A stretch of DNA of 64,000 bases from Selaginella moellendorffii (Eukaryota; Plantae; Lycopodiophyta). This document shows positions 51,723 through 64,000 of the stretch, piece after piece. The stretch is from contig NW_003314263.1 of the NCBI RefSeq assembly GCF_000143415.4, positions 2,420,041 through 2,484,040 on the forward strand, read 5' to 3'. A model generated the notes under the pieces. The model saw only the letters and a list, made by a program, of their open reading frames with translations, had not been told where the DNA came from and made no database searches. Position 1 is the first letter of the stretch; every line of letters begins with the position of its first letter. A program made the position numbers and the translations under genes.

Positions 51723-52374
51723 GGCTGTAGACCTACAAGTAAAGGTTGTCTCCCTCCCAGAAAGAAGCGCAATATTAACTCTTGACCTTGTAGATCGGAA
51801 TTCTTCACTTTTTTCACAGCTGTGGCTCACTCACTCTATGAGATTCACAGTGAGCACCGCAACGATCGCTACATCGCTCGCAAAAAACACCTCTATTTGT
51901 ACAAACAGACAAACGTGGAGCACGTAAAGTACTTGTGTCTTTGGCCAAAACCCTAAACATCGACACGCCCGAGAAGAACATCGTCTTTTCTCTTGTACGG
52001 CGTTGATCCAGGCGTACGGGAATAGAGGGCTCCTCTGCCGATCTTTGATGGGATCCGGGCGATCTTGTCACCGACGTCTTGAAAGATCTTAGATTCTATC
52101 CGCAATCGCCCAGTCAATGCGATCCTGGCAATGGGTGCTCCATATCATTCTATTCCCGCCCGGACGTGATCTCCAGGATTTGCGAAGAAGAAGGTCGTCG
52201 ATCAGATGCGCGATGCTGGCGCGCAATTGATTGGGGCTTCCCGCTACATTTTCCCGCGCTATCGTCTCTACTTCTCCATTCTAGGGTTCTTTCTTGGAGG
52301 CGACGTAGGTTTTCTATTGCCCGCGTGGTCGAGGAGACGGCGCTGGGGGGCGGCCTTGATCGGCGTTCTGGAGC

Positions 52375-54116
52375 AGTGCCAAGGCGAGGAGCCCCAGCCA
52401 GCGTTGGTAAATCGTGGACGACAGGGAGCTCTAGATGTACGGTGACAACAAAGGTCCCTGCGGCAAAATGTTCCATCGGCTGTGGATCGCCAAAAACTCC
52501 CGCAAAAGCTGAGGCTTCTAGGACAGCAAAAATTGCCGAGATGAGCGATGATAGTGGAGCAGAGGATTTATATGATTCGGGAGTAGAAAGTGGAGCAATC
52601 GATGGTGGAGAAGAAGAGGTAAACAAGATCATGACTGGAGGAGGAAACGATGCCGAGGTGGAAAGAACAACAGTGGTGGAGAGCTCCATTGAGACTGTCA
52701 GGAAACATGGCGAAGCTGGTTGTGGTTCCGTGAAAGCTGAAGCTTCGGTTTCGATCGCAGCTGGATGTGATCCTACGAAAGTAGATGGCTTGGTGAAGAT
52801 GGAAGCTGGTTTTGAGTCTGCAAGAGTCGAAGCTCCGGTTGGCTCAGTGAAGATGGAACCTGGTGGTGGCTTCTCCAAGAGACTGAAGTTGCCGGGTACT
52901 CGACGTCCAGGGGATGACGGATTCGTGTTGGCGAGTTCGTGTCCTTCAATTTTCCCAAGCCTGAAGCCGAAAGTAAGAAGAAGTTCTTTGAGCACAAGAA
53001 GGTTCGGCCGAAAGCGAGCTCCGACATTGTAAGGTTCTTGACAAAAGCTTCAGGAGAGGTACGTTTCACTTGACTTGTTTCTCCGTTTTAATTCTAACCA
53101 TTTGCTCACAGATAGGACGGCTTCCAGCCGACTGGGCCAAGTGTTTGATACCTTTGGGAAGTGCAAAATGGCACCAGAGGCTCTTTCTCTTATGAGCAGC
53201 GTAGTTCTCCATTTGAGGTAGAGTTTTCTGTGTTTACCAGAGACGTTACGTATATGATGTGCTTGCAGAGTTTATATCAACAAGTCAGAAGCCTTACGAG
53301 GAGGGGGATGAGCGCGGATTGAAGCTTCTGCAAGCTATCTTGAAGCCGTTAATGCTTCGAAGAATAAAAGATTCAACTGATAAAGAAGGAAGGTAAGCTA
53401 TCATGCAGGCGTTCCTGTACGAAATAGGAACTCATAACTGTACCAACAAGTAATCGGTTTCGAATAAATGTCGAGGAGCAGTGGAAGGAGTCGTCCAAAG
53501 TCGAGGCTCTGCTGCACCACCTCCAGACGTTAAGTGAGGCCGGGTCGAAAAGCGTTGATTTTAGTCAGTGGACAGCGTTTCTCGACTTGTTAGAGATACC
53601 ATTGAAAAGGTATGAGCGTCTTTCCTTTTGGTGCTTTCTCTTTGTTTGTGTTTCTAACAATGCACTGCCAGGAAGACCTTCTGTTTCGTCCGCTTGGACG
53701 GAACACTATCGCAGCGTCAGCGAGAACAAGTGCTCAAAAACTTCAGCAATATTCCAGCCGTGGCCGTAAGCTTTTTGTGTTGCTTACCTCCAAGAAACCA
53801 CTCTATTTTGTGGACAGGTCATGCTCATGCTTTTCTCATGGTACGCGCTATAGTTTTCTTTTTTAGCCATCTTCCGAGTCGAGAATGTGGACGATCGAGC
53901 ATCGGTCAGACGAAGAACGTATCGATCAAGCGATTCATCGTCAAAGTAAGCGCCACTTGAAACTCTCTTTGACGTTTCTCATGTCTCTAGAGGAGGACTC
54001 GGTGGAGGAGAGAATGCAACAGGTCCAAGCGAGGAAGCAGCGATTTCGCGAGGGCTCTCACAGACAAAGAGGTGCGAAGCGCTCGAATCGAGGAGCTCAA
54101 AATGCTATTTAGATGA
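52375..54116 (+). pseudogene. RAD5A: RAD5A-like internally deleted copy 3
   Basis: Same motifs as copy 2 with extra deletions; ends EEDSVEERMQQVQARKQR...IEELKMLFR*. Confidence 0.9.
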
Positions 54117-54596
54117 GAAGAACTGGAGTCCTTAGCATTTTTTTAACTTATAAATAGGGGAATATGCTTCTAGCATCGGCGCGTATATTCTTCGGATAGT
54201 TCAATGAATGAATGGGCTAGGGTACAAGCATTTCTAAGTTTCTTCGCGGCTATGGCGGACAGCGAAGGAGCAGGCGATCGCAAGCGCGGTTGATTCCGGC
54301 AGCATCGGCGACGAGCAAGGTATGCATGCTAGGATCGCCTCGAGAAGCAGCAGCAGCGCCAGCGCCGGCGCCGCGCCGCGATTTGAGCCGGAGTAGCCGA
54401 TCTAGATTCATGCAAGCATCTGATCTCTAGGAAATTGAGCTGAAAGCTGAGGCTTTGTAGGCGATCGCGTTGATTCCTCTCGTCTCCGCGGCCGGGGCGG
54501 CTAGAAAGCCGGGGCACATTCTAGAGTTTCGGGGTTTCTGGGGCGATCAGTCATGTATCGGGCAGTGATTCTCTCACAGGGAGCTGGAAGTCAGCC

Positions 54597-56320
54597 ATGA
54601 CGTGGAATCCGCCACAAGTTTCCTCCCAGCTTGTCCGCCTTGACTGCCACTACTCAGGCCGAGGATGAACTGGGCGTGGATGTGTCGTCTCCCAGCGGCG
54701 ATTTGCTACTCCATTTTCTCAAGAGCGGTGGGGGCGACGAGCAGCTGAGGAGCAGTAGCAGCTACAGGACCCAGCAGTCGCAGCTCACGGTCCCTGCGAC
54801 AGCTTTGCTCCTTCTGGAGGACCTGGAGGAGGAGGAGAAGGTCCTCCTCCACGACCACTCTACGTCCCAGCAACAAGATTTGGTGGGTGGTCACCTCACT
54901 TCCAGCAGCACCAAGACCTACTTTTCCCTTCGGATCCATTCTTGACTCCGTCGGACCACTGATTTCTACGCTCGTTTGCTCCTCTTCCAGTCGAGAGACC
55001 GTTCCATCCGCCAGTGCCGTATCCTTTTCCAAATGCTCCGACTTTCCAGCCTGCTGATAATGTGGTTCATCCGCCGCATTCCTCTGGGGAGCTTAAAGCT
55101 CGTCCTGGCCTTCACTTCGAGTCTCCGGTGTTTGGACCCAGCGCAGCTGAGACCTCGGACTCCAAACGCGCCCCAGAGCAGCCGAGGAGATCGGTTACAC
55201 CTGCGAAGGATGACAAGCAACAATTCCACGGCAATGGCTCCTTCAGTTGTTACAGGGTGGTCCTGGTCGTGTGAAGCCCACAGCCTCCACAAAGGTGGAT
55301 GCTACACAGGACAGTGGGGATTCTGGAGAGCCATCACAGAAAGGAAGTCCATCTGCTGTTCCCGGCCCCATAGGACCGCCGAGGCGTCATGTCGTTTCTC
55401 CTCCGCAGAGTCCAAATGACCTCCTTGGACGTTTGTGGGCTGCTCTTCCGTCGTCAAGCCACACTTTGTTTGACGGAGAAAGCAAACGCAAGACGTCAGC
55501 CCGGAGCTTTGGCGTTGAAGTGAACGAGGTGTCCCGGGAAGTCGATGGCGGTGGAGCTGCTGGTTTCGCACTTTTGAAGCGAAGGGGATCGGAGCCTGCC
55601 GCCTCGCACTGCCTTTAAACGGCTACGCCTATAACGACTCTAAGACAAATGATAAGCCAAGGACAAACTCAGCATCCGGAAGACTACAGGACTATCGTGG
55701 GAGATACGTAAATGGAGAGGCCGAATTTGAGCCCGGAGGCGATGACTTTAGAGGTGCGGGAAGGCGTCGAGGTCCCGGTCGTGCAGACGCCAGACGCGGT
55801 GGTCGGGGTGCTGTTGGCCAGTGGATTGCGGTAAATGAGAGGCATAAAGATGCTGAGCCAAGTGACATCACCTCCTGCGATATCTCTGATGGAAGGGACG
55901 AGTCGCTTAAATCTTCAAACGGGACTTAGTCGAATGCTAGGAGAAAACATCAACAGGAATGGAGGATAAAACAGGCTGACTCAAAGGCAGCATTTCCAGC
56001 GGAGAAAAAACCGGACTACAAGGTTCCAAAGGCACGGTCTTCGGCATCTCAACTTGGCATCTCAACTTGAACGTCCAGGCTTGCCATCGGGAAGTACGCA
56101 AAACTCTTCCGTTGGTGCGGCTTTTGAGGAGTCCAAACAGAGGCTCCATAATCTAGATGCTTTGGAAGGAGAAGGCGTGACGACCTCTCTAGATCTCGAG
56201 GAGCTACAAATTGACGGTCACCGTCGTGAGGGTAAAGCTCCACGGTTTTACAAGGTTTGTGCTTGCTTTTTTTCTTTCTCTATTTTCATGTGTTACAGCC
56301 GAAGGAGAACCGTTTCAGGA
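54597..56320 (+). pseudogene. URT1: URT1-like 5' part, copy 3 (lacks the catalytic exon)
   Basis: Near-identical to 45713-47440; truncated into the NLR 3' flank. Confidence 0.82.
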
Positions 56321-56594
56321 CCTCTGAAGAACTAAAGGTATGCATATGCATATTCTTAATATTGTTATGTTTTCCATGTTTTACCATTTACTCTATACAC
56401 CAGATTTTAAAATACTCAAAACCACGAGAGTAAAGTAATATCCTGAGAATACGATTTGTAAGAAAAACAGAAACTGTGTCTTCTCCAAACGCTGCTGACG
56501 GCTTGGAAATCTCTGTTTTTGTTTTTTGAGTGATGCAAAATAGTGTAGCATTTGCGCAGATCGAGAACCCAATCGATGTCCACTGAAGGAGCAA

Positions 56595-59500
56595 CTAGGA
56601 CCCGTATATCTTGAGATCCGGCCGCTCCTCAAGCCATGGTGGAACTTTCGTACCTTTTTGGCAGCCTAGGACTTTGAGCCTGGGAAATAAGCCAAGGCCG
56701 TGATTGTCTGCATCATCATGATCAGAGAGCACAAGTTTCTCCAATCCTGGAAGGGATGCAATGGATGATGGAATATTTTCGATCCAATCCAAGGTTACAC
56801 CTCTTAGAGCAGTCATCTGGTCTGTTGGCCCAAAGAAATCATTGGGGAGCTGCCTCATACAGCCCTTCCGCAAAGATAATGTGAACCATTTCACCTTCAG
56901 CTGTGATCTCTCGGTTGGCATCAAGAGTCTCCTCATGTAACCTCCTACATGCAGCAAATCAAGGTCATTGGGGAGTTGTGTCACAAAGAGAGGCAAATGC
57001 TCCCATGTATTATCAGAAGCCAGATAGAATGTTAAACACTTCAGGTTTGGAAGACTTGCTGCCAAATCGTCCTTGAACTCGGACTGTGCAATCTGCAGAT
57101 TTCGAAGATCCAGAAGTTCGAGGCATGGGAACGATACATCCAGACTGAAGAACTGGATACCACTGCAGTCTAGGCAAAGTTCTCGTAGCCGTTGAAAGCC
57201 CTTTAGCCAAGACAGGTCTTTCATTGTCTCATTGTTTGTGATCGCTAAAACTTGTAGCTGCAGCCATTCGAGGCTTTCGGCATTGTTTTCACCGTCTTGT
57301 ACCCCGTCAATCGAAAAGTCCTGAAGCTGTTAAACATTCGCTTCCAGTCAAGTTTGATAGTCGATTCCACCCTAATGTCACATCGTCTTAGATTGACAAG
57401 TTGCCACAGGCCGGTGAAATCGGCAAAGTCCATGCTCTTTGCCCGCAACTCCAGTATCTCAATGTCCACTAGTGCACCAAGGCTGTGAGGTATTTTTATT
57501 TTTGCATTGTAGAGTTTTAGCTCTAAATGTCTTAGCTTGTGTAGGCTTGAAATTCCACTCAAATCCACAGCCACAGCTAACTCCTTATCGGAATGAAGCT
57601 CCAGATGTTCGATGCATGGGAACAATCCATCCAGACTGAAGAACTGGATACCACTGCAGTATAGGCAAAGTTTTCGTAACCGTTGAAAGCCCTTTAGCCA
57701 AGACAGGTCTTTCATTGTCTCATTGTTTGTGATCGCTAAAACTTGTAGCTGCAGCCATTCGAGGCTTTCGGCATTGTTTTCACCGTCTTGTACCCCGTCA
57801 ATAAAAAAGTCCTGAAGCTGTTTGGAGTTCTTAAACATTCGCTTCCAGTCAAGTTTGATAGTCGATTCCACCCTAATGTCACATCGTCTTAGATTGACAA
57901 GTTGCCACAGGCCGGTGAAATCGGCAAAGTCCATGCTCTTTGCCCGCAACTCCAGTATCTCAATGTCCACTAGTGCACCAAGGCTGTACGGTATTTTTAT
58001 TGTTGCAATGTAGAGTTCTAGCGGTAAATATCTTAGCTTGTGTAGGCTTGAAATTCCACTCAAATCCACAGCTAACTCCTGATTGGACTGAAGCTCCAGC
58101 TCTTCCAAGTTGAATAATTGGGGGAGTAATGCAAAGTTGAATTTTGTGATGTTATTGCATTTCAAAACCTTCAGTGATGTCAAGCTGAAGAGCGCATCTG
58201 GCAATTGAGGCACACCTGAATATCGAAGGTCAAGCACTTGAAGGTTTCTCAGCTTGGATATGCTCTCTGGAATAAAACGGACCAAATTATAGCATCCATT
58301 CAAGCTCAATACCTTGACATTTTGGATCTGATCTATACTAAGACTGACATCCACACCAGAACTTCCATCACATCCATCGAGAAGCAAGACATCTCGCACA
58401 TGAATGCCAGACAAAAGGCTGCTTGTAACCTTCTTTCCAATGAATGAAACTTTAGAAAATGTTGCAGAAATCCCAGGTGGACAATCATAGCCAAACAGGC
58501 ATCCCTTCTCGTGCTCTTCCTGGGGTGGGTACTTCCCTTTCAAGATTCTTATGCACAGCTTGCGTACCATATCGTGCACAGTTACATACTTATACCATCG
58601 ATCATCAGTTGTCTTCACTAGGCATCTTCGTTCCAGTTCACTAACAATCTGCAGAGGCGAGAGTTCTGACCCAACCGCTATCCAACATTTTCTCAGATCA
58701 TCAAACTGGATTCGCTCATCTTCTGGAAACGCAGCCACATAGAGAAAGCACTCTTGCAGCTTTTCATCCTTATTAAAGTGTCCCAGCTCGTCATAGCTAA
58801 ACTTCAAGCGCTGGAACATCCGCTTCTCAATGTCCCCGTCATTCAACAAATGCATCTTCTGATAGCGTTCTTCCCACACCTGCGTCCCTTCATTCCTGTG
58901 GACAGCCATGGCACTGCCAATCACTTCAAGAAACTTCCAAAACATCTGCTCAAGAAACTTCCAAAACATCTTTTCGCTCTCGGCCTTTGATAGCATACAC
59001 ACACGAAATGTTTTTGCACCCAGCATGCTCAAAATGTCTTCCTTTCTGGTTGTTACCAGCACCCGGCTGTAAGAGGACGACCCTGCCATAAAATCCAGTC
59101 TCTCGGCCCAGCTCATGTCCCACACATCATCCAGTATCAGCAAGACACAAATTCCACGAGCAACATTTTGTGCCAAGTGCTGCACATGCTCAAGGGTGCC
59201 TGCATTTTGGGCCCTCTCTTTCATGCCGCCCCATTCAAGAGCGTTGAACAGCTGGGCCCTGAGATCGTCCTCCGATGCATCTTTCTTGACAGTGATCCAT
59301 ACAATGTTGTCATGGAAATGCTGCCGGACCCTCTGGTCATTGTGCACGAAGCTTGCAAGGGTGGTCTTGCCACACCCTCCCATTCCCAGGAGTCCAAACC
59401 ATTTCCCCGGGGCTTGTGGATCCAGGAGGGCATTCACCACCTCATCCAGCTGCTCCCTATGGCGGCCAAACATGTCGCTGGGCTCGGTAACACCATGCCG

Positions 59501-60348
59501 TACATAGTTTACGAGACCTCTGTCTTGTGGACAACTCCGTACGGAAAAGCTGGTGCTCGGCTGTATCACTCTCAACTCTTCTCGCTCGTACCTTTCAATG
59601 TGCGGGAGGAGATCGTTCTCGCAAGTGCGTACCAGCTCCGAAATCGCGCCAGATCGCTTCTCCCTGCGCGACAGATCCATCTTTTAGCTCCATTGCTTCA
59701 AACATGAATTCGAATAAGCCTTACTGTGATCCAAGCAGCGCTTGCGCCTTCTTAGTCCATTCAGTCAGTTCAGTCAGCCACGCCTCAGCCTCACCAGAGT
59801 AGCGGAAATCTGGATTCCTGTGCTTGGGAGCATTAAACTTGTCAAGCGTGGCCTGGATTCTGGATGACCTCTTCTTTAGCTCCTCAATGTGGACATTCAG
59901 CTCATGCTCGTGACCCTGGATCTGCGACAGGAGATCGCCGTAGGCACTTAAGGACTTCGCGATCTCGTCACTCCGCTTGTACCTATAGGAAGTGGAGAAG
60001 TTCAACCAGCTGCCTGCCATTTCTACACACACACACACACACACAAAAGATAAAATGCTACTGTACCGACCGCTTTATGGGCCTCCAGATCCTGTTGTGG
60101 CGTGATCCCAAGAGTGCTTGTGCCTTGGCGTTCCATTTCCTGACACGCTCCAAGCATTCCTCGGCCGCTTGAGAGAACGTGAAGCCAGGATTCTGCTGCT
60201 TGTGATCACTGAAAGCGTTGATCTTGGCCTGGATGTTGGGCGCCTTGTTCTCCAGCTTTTCAATGTTGGCATTGCAGTCCCATATCTTCTTAGCAGGGCC
60301 CAGAGCCAAGCCACACAAGGCGCTTGCCAAGGAGCCCACAACCTCCAT
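56595..60348 (-). pseudogene. NLR copy 4; exons 60348-60071, 59982-59725, 59663 onward; GLPL deleted; 10-nt frameshift near 57330
   Basis: NB-ARC motifs as in copy 1; KRMF(KNSK)QLQ is collapsed; C-terminus lies in ORF 57224-56595. Confidence 0.88.
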
Positions 60349-60949
60349 GCCTGTAGACCTACAAGTAACGGTCGTCTCCCAGAACTCTTGGCCTTGGTAC
60401 CCCCTCTTAAAATGAACAGTAATTTTCAGTGTTACAAGTGACTTCAGTTTAATTGGAGTTGATTGCTTGCAGTAGACTCTTGCAATGCCAGCTGTGGCTC
60501 TCTCTCTCTCATACACAAAATAGCTGGGAGGCCTTGACAGATTTTCGATGGCCTGCACAAACCAAACCAGTTCTCGTGGAACATCTTGCTGCGAACGTAT
60601 GTTGCAAATCGTAGGATGCCAACGATTCCATGGGAACAGGTTTATGGATGAGGAAGAGAAGCTGTTTGATTCGATCTCTTCATGTGAAATATTATGATCA
60701 AGGGGTTCGAGGAAAGATGCGATCTCTTCTGGCAGCACCTGGCCGAAAAAGGCATTTGGAAGACGCAAAAATTTTCCTTTCAACGTGATGCCTCGGAGAA
60801 AAACGTGCTTGCAAGAAACAGAATGATTATCAACCATACACAATGATACTCAAAGAGCCTATTTGACCAGAGCCATACAGGAATCTCATGTCTTGGGCAT
60901 GCTACAAGCATATATGGGCATCTTGAGAGGATGCAATGCATCTTTGAAT

Positions 60950-61092
60950 GAAGATGGAAGTTGCCGGGTATTCAACTTCTATGATGCCGAACTAAAACTT
61001 TCCCAAGCCATAAACCCAAAGTAAGAGAAGACTTTTGAGCACATGGGCTTGTCTAAGCAAGCTCTAACATTGTAAATTTCTCTAGGAGAAGT
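60950..61092 (+). pseudogene. RAD5A: Highly diverged RAD5 HIRAN relic
   Basis: gaagttgccgggta...ttttcccaagcc...aaagtaaga...tttgagcaca...gctctaacattgtaa matches 34022-34195. Confidence 0.5.
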
Positions 61093-61094
61093 AA

Positions 61095-62920
61095 TGTTTT
61101 TTGGGATTGGGTTCATATGTAATGTTAGATAAGTATAGAATATAAGAAGGTTGAAACTTTTTACTTACTTTTATTGACAGAAGCCTCTTTCTTTTAATAT
61201 CATCCTTAGTCTAGCAAAAAGTTTTGGCTCTTTGAGCTAGGCAAAAATTATTTGTTATTCTCTAAAGTTATAAAGGTTTTAGTGAAGATCTGATTCATAT
61301 CTTTGTGCATCTAGTGTGTCAACCATGTTTTTAAGTGATTTTTTATTTGGTTTTGGAAATCTTTTGTCTACAATTCTCATATTGTTCCTAAAGCTTACTA
61401 TTGCATCCACATTAACATCCATATATTTTCAATTGATCTTGATATGATCTAAGCTAGATGACTGTATTCAAGGATGCCCTGTAATTTGCAAATAATTTTA
61501 AACCATGGTGTTATTTAGCCTACAAAGCAATTAAAATTGGTAAACTGATATTTTTAATTATATATTTTTTAATATAGTTATGTGTTTGGATTATTATGGT
61601 ATAATTTGTAGCTTTACGTTTGGAATAAACTCCATACCCCAGAAGTAATTGAAGAGGAAAAATGGTCTAATGATGCAACTATGGAGATAGAAAATCTTTT
61701 TGGAGATACCATAATATTGGATATCGTAACAAATAAATTTGATCTTGGAGAAAGTGAAAAAAAAAATTTAGTGCATATAGTTATAAGAGCATAGAATATT
61801 AAGTGAAGACTTAGCTAAAATCAATATAGGTTTATTAATCAATTTGTATATTTTTTTTACATTTGAACTTCCCACGTGTGAGCTAGGGTTTGCATAGTAG
61901 AGTTTAGTAGGTGACAAAATTGTAAAGGTGCTAGGTTTTGTATTTGCCCATCGTTTTGGTTGAATCGGTGAGTTGAGATAAGGTAAGTAATGAGTGAAAA
62001 TGCACAAAATGAATCCTTTTTTTTTTCCTTAAATATTGATGACCCTAGCGAGATTGAATGGACCATTTGGCAAGGGATTGTGTAAATATATTGAAATTGT
62101 TTATTTGGTTGAAGTGTTGCCAATTTCTTTAATAAGATTGAGAATGATGGTTTTTTGGAGAAAACCATTTCGAGCTTAACATTCTAACATGGATAAGCAT
62201 TGGAGCAAAAACAAAAGATGCAATCCAATTGGTGAAGACGCTCAAGAAATCTCAATGATTTGTTAGAGTAAGTATGCAACAAAAGGCAGGCCCAAAATGA
62301 AAGCCCTTTACGAAGATAATAGTACTAGCCAACACCCACTTAGGAACAAAACACACCAAGTCAAAGATTATGAGAGTGGCAACCAAGGTTTGTAACACCA
62401 ATTTTCAATATTAAGAAGTACTCTAAACATTTACTAAATCTCCTACTAGCTTTATTTAGCAAGAATCTACTTTATAAGTTATTGTAGATCTTCCTTAAAG
62501 ATACTTCAAATATGAAAGGCAGGTAAAGCAAAGAACTAAATTAATCAAGCGAGTCTATGAGTGCAAATTGGACAACCATTCCTTTTGTGTTTGTGAGCTC
62601 AAGATAGAATTGGATTATGGCATCGACTTAAGAAAGCAATGGTTGCTAAGATGGAGCAAATAAAGGAGTTCATAAAGTATTAATATGGCTAAAGTGTTGT
62701 GGAGCTCCTTGCATTCAAGTTGAATATAAAGTTGGCATTGATAGATCTTGAGTTTGTGAAGGTCCAAACCATATTAGTTTCAATGCTAAAAACCTAGTAA
62801 GGATAAAAAATTTAGATAAATGGCAATGAGTTAAAACTACAATAGTTGAGAAAGCTTATAGTGACACATCCATTCAAAAGTACAAAGTCGTACGAGTGAG
62901 GATAATTTCACTCATAGATG
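61095..62920. repeat. Diverged second copy of AT-rich repeat 19460-21390
   Basis: Collinear nucleotide similarity over about 1.8 kb. Confidence 0.8.
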
Positions 62921-63570
62921 AGAAACAAGTATCTAGTAAAAAAGAAAGGTCAAAACAAGAAAACCATACATATTTAGCTAGACATCAAGAAACTTTCTCT
63001 AAAACATCATCCTCAAGCAAGAACAATCTCTCTCACAAAGACCAAGCAACACTTCCCTTTGAAATGGAAACACCACACGATACACACTAAGCAAATGAAT
63101 GAGCTTCTCAAAAGACTACCAACCTCCACCAGCTCCTTGCACCAATTCCAAGTACCAAGAAACCCTAGTTGCAAAAAAACCCTAGCCAGTAAAACCCTTG
63201 CTGCCACGGAAAACCGCTGGAAAACATGAAAGAGTTCAATCCAGCTATAGCAATAAAAAATAGGTCTAGAAGAAAAGAAGAAACCAAGTAAAGTGGCTGG
63301 AAATCCACTCTCCCCATCAACATCCCAAGGTCAAGAGATTCCAGCAAGAAACCACTCAAATCCTGGATCTCTCTCTATTTCCATCAGATCCAAGCCAAAG
63401 AGAGCTAGCTAGAAGAGAGCAAAAGAGAGAAAAACTAAAGATCCAAAGCAAATATATCTCCTAATGTAGCAGAAAAGCACAAGTAATTGAACCCCTATCT
63501 AGTGTGCCAAACTATAGCATCACTACACAACTTGTATTTCACCAAAGGGGCTACATTGCCTTCTCAATCT
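62919..63570 (-). mobile_element. Possible LTR of a different family
   Basis: Abruptly interrupts the AT-rich repeat; on the minus strand purine-rich GATTGAGAAGGCAA precedes TGTAGCCCC; no second LTR or TSD visible. Confidence 0.35.
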
Positions 63571-63753
63571 TGTTAGGGTTTTCAGCCCTAACACTAATTA
63601 TATACTGATATAGCATGTGATGCGGCATCCAGGTGGCAATCCATAACATGGCAGATTAGTTGGCAACTCCACTAATCGTACACGAATATGCCTTAATAGG
63701 ATTATTGAGTAGACAATGCAGCCAAAGCCCCTGAAGGTGGATCCCAGGAGGTA

Positions 63754-63944
63754 GTGATCTACGTGATCGAGATGTTCCAGTCGGATCTCTTGTCGGTGCT
63801 GGTTCTTATGCTCATCGCCGCCACCAGCTGGCTCAAGCTCGTCTCGTACGCGCACACCAACGCCGATATCCGCACGGTGAAGGACGGTGGCAAGATAGAG
63901 CTCTCCGCCGAGTACCTAGCGATTGACTACCTGGACAACATCAC
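63754..63944 (+). pseudogene. DGAT1: Diacylglycerol O-acyltransferase 1 internal fragment
   Basis: VIYVIEMFQSDLLSVLVLMLIAATSWLKLVSYAHTNADIR contains the DGAT1 motif WLKLVSYAHT; no upstream DGAT1 sequence seen. Confidence 0.82.
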
Positions 63945-64000
63945 TGTGAGACACAAAATCCCTAGTCCCCAAAGTGGAGCCGAAAAGGTGCCACGTGGTA
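63945..64000 (+). mobile_element. Start of an LTR of the same family as 22397-31054, opposite orientation, running off the window
   Basis: TGTGAGACACAAAATCCCTAG.CCCCAAAGTGGAGCCGAAA.GGTGCCACGTGGTA is the reverse complement of 30999-31054. Confidence 0.92.

Noticed and set aside
32690-60400. Pack-MULE or Helitron origin of the tandem unit
   Set aside because: I found no TIRs, TSDs or hairpin-CTAG terminus at the unit boundaries; not excluded, but unsupported

Overview
Eukaryotic land-plant nuclear DNA. The 48-100 nt introns, high gene density and scattered PPR remnants suggest a compact lycophyte genome such as Selaginella (inference). The first 12 kb holds tRNA-Val(CAC), a dynein light chain, a frameshifted F-box/LRR gene, three tandem S9 peptidase copies (one intact), an orphan secreted hydrophilic protein and a Copia remnant. 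The rest is an NB-ARC-LRR immune-receptor cluster with four minus-strand copies, and only copy 3 (48383-51722) is intact as sequenced. Once spliced, these NLRs carry two tandem coiled-coil modules, each split by a phase-2 intron at the same position. Copies 2-4 lie in a tandem unit of about 9.2-9.5 kb that also carries eroded, intron-containing pieces of PPR, RAD5A, URT1 and RAB7 genes. Between copies 1 and 2 are an AT-rich degenerate repeat, a TSD-bounded LTR retrotransposon (22397-29376) and a solo LTR of the same family 32 bp away. The window ends in a DGAT1 fragment interrupted by another LTR of that family.
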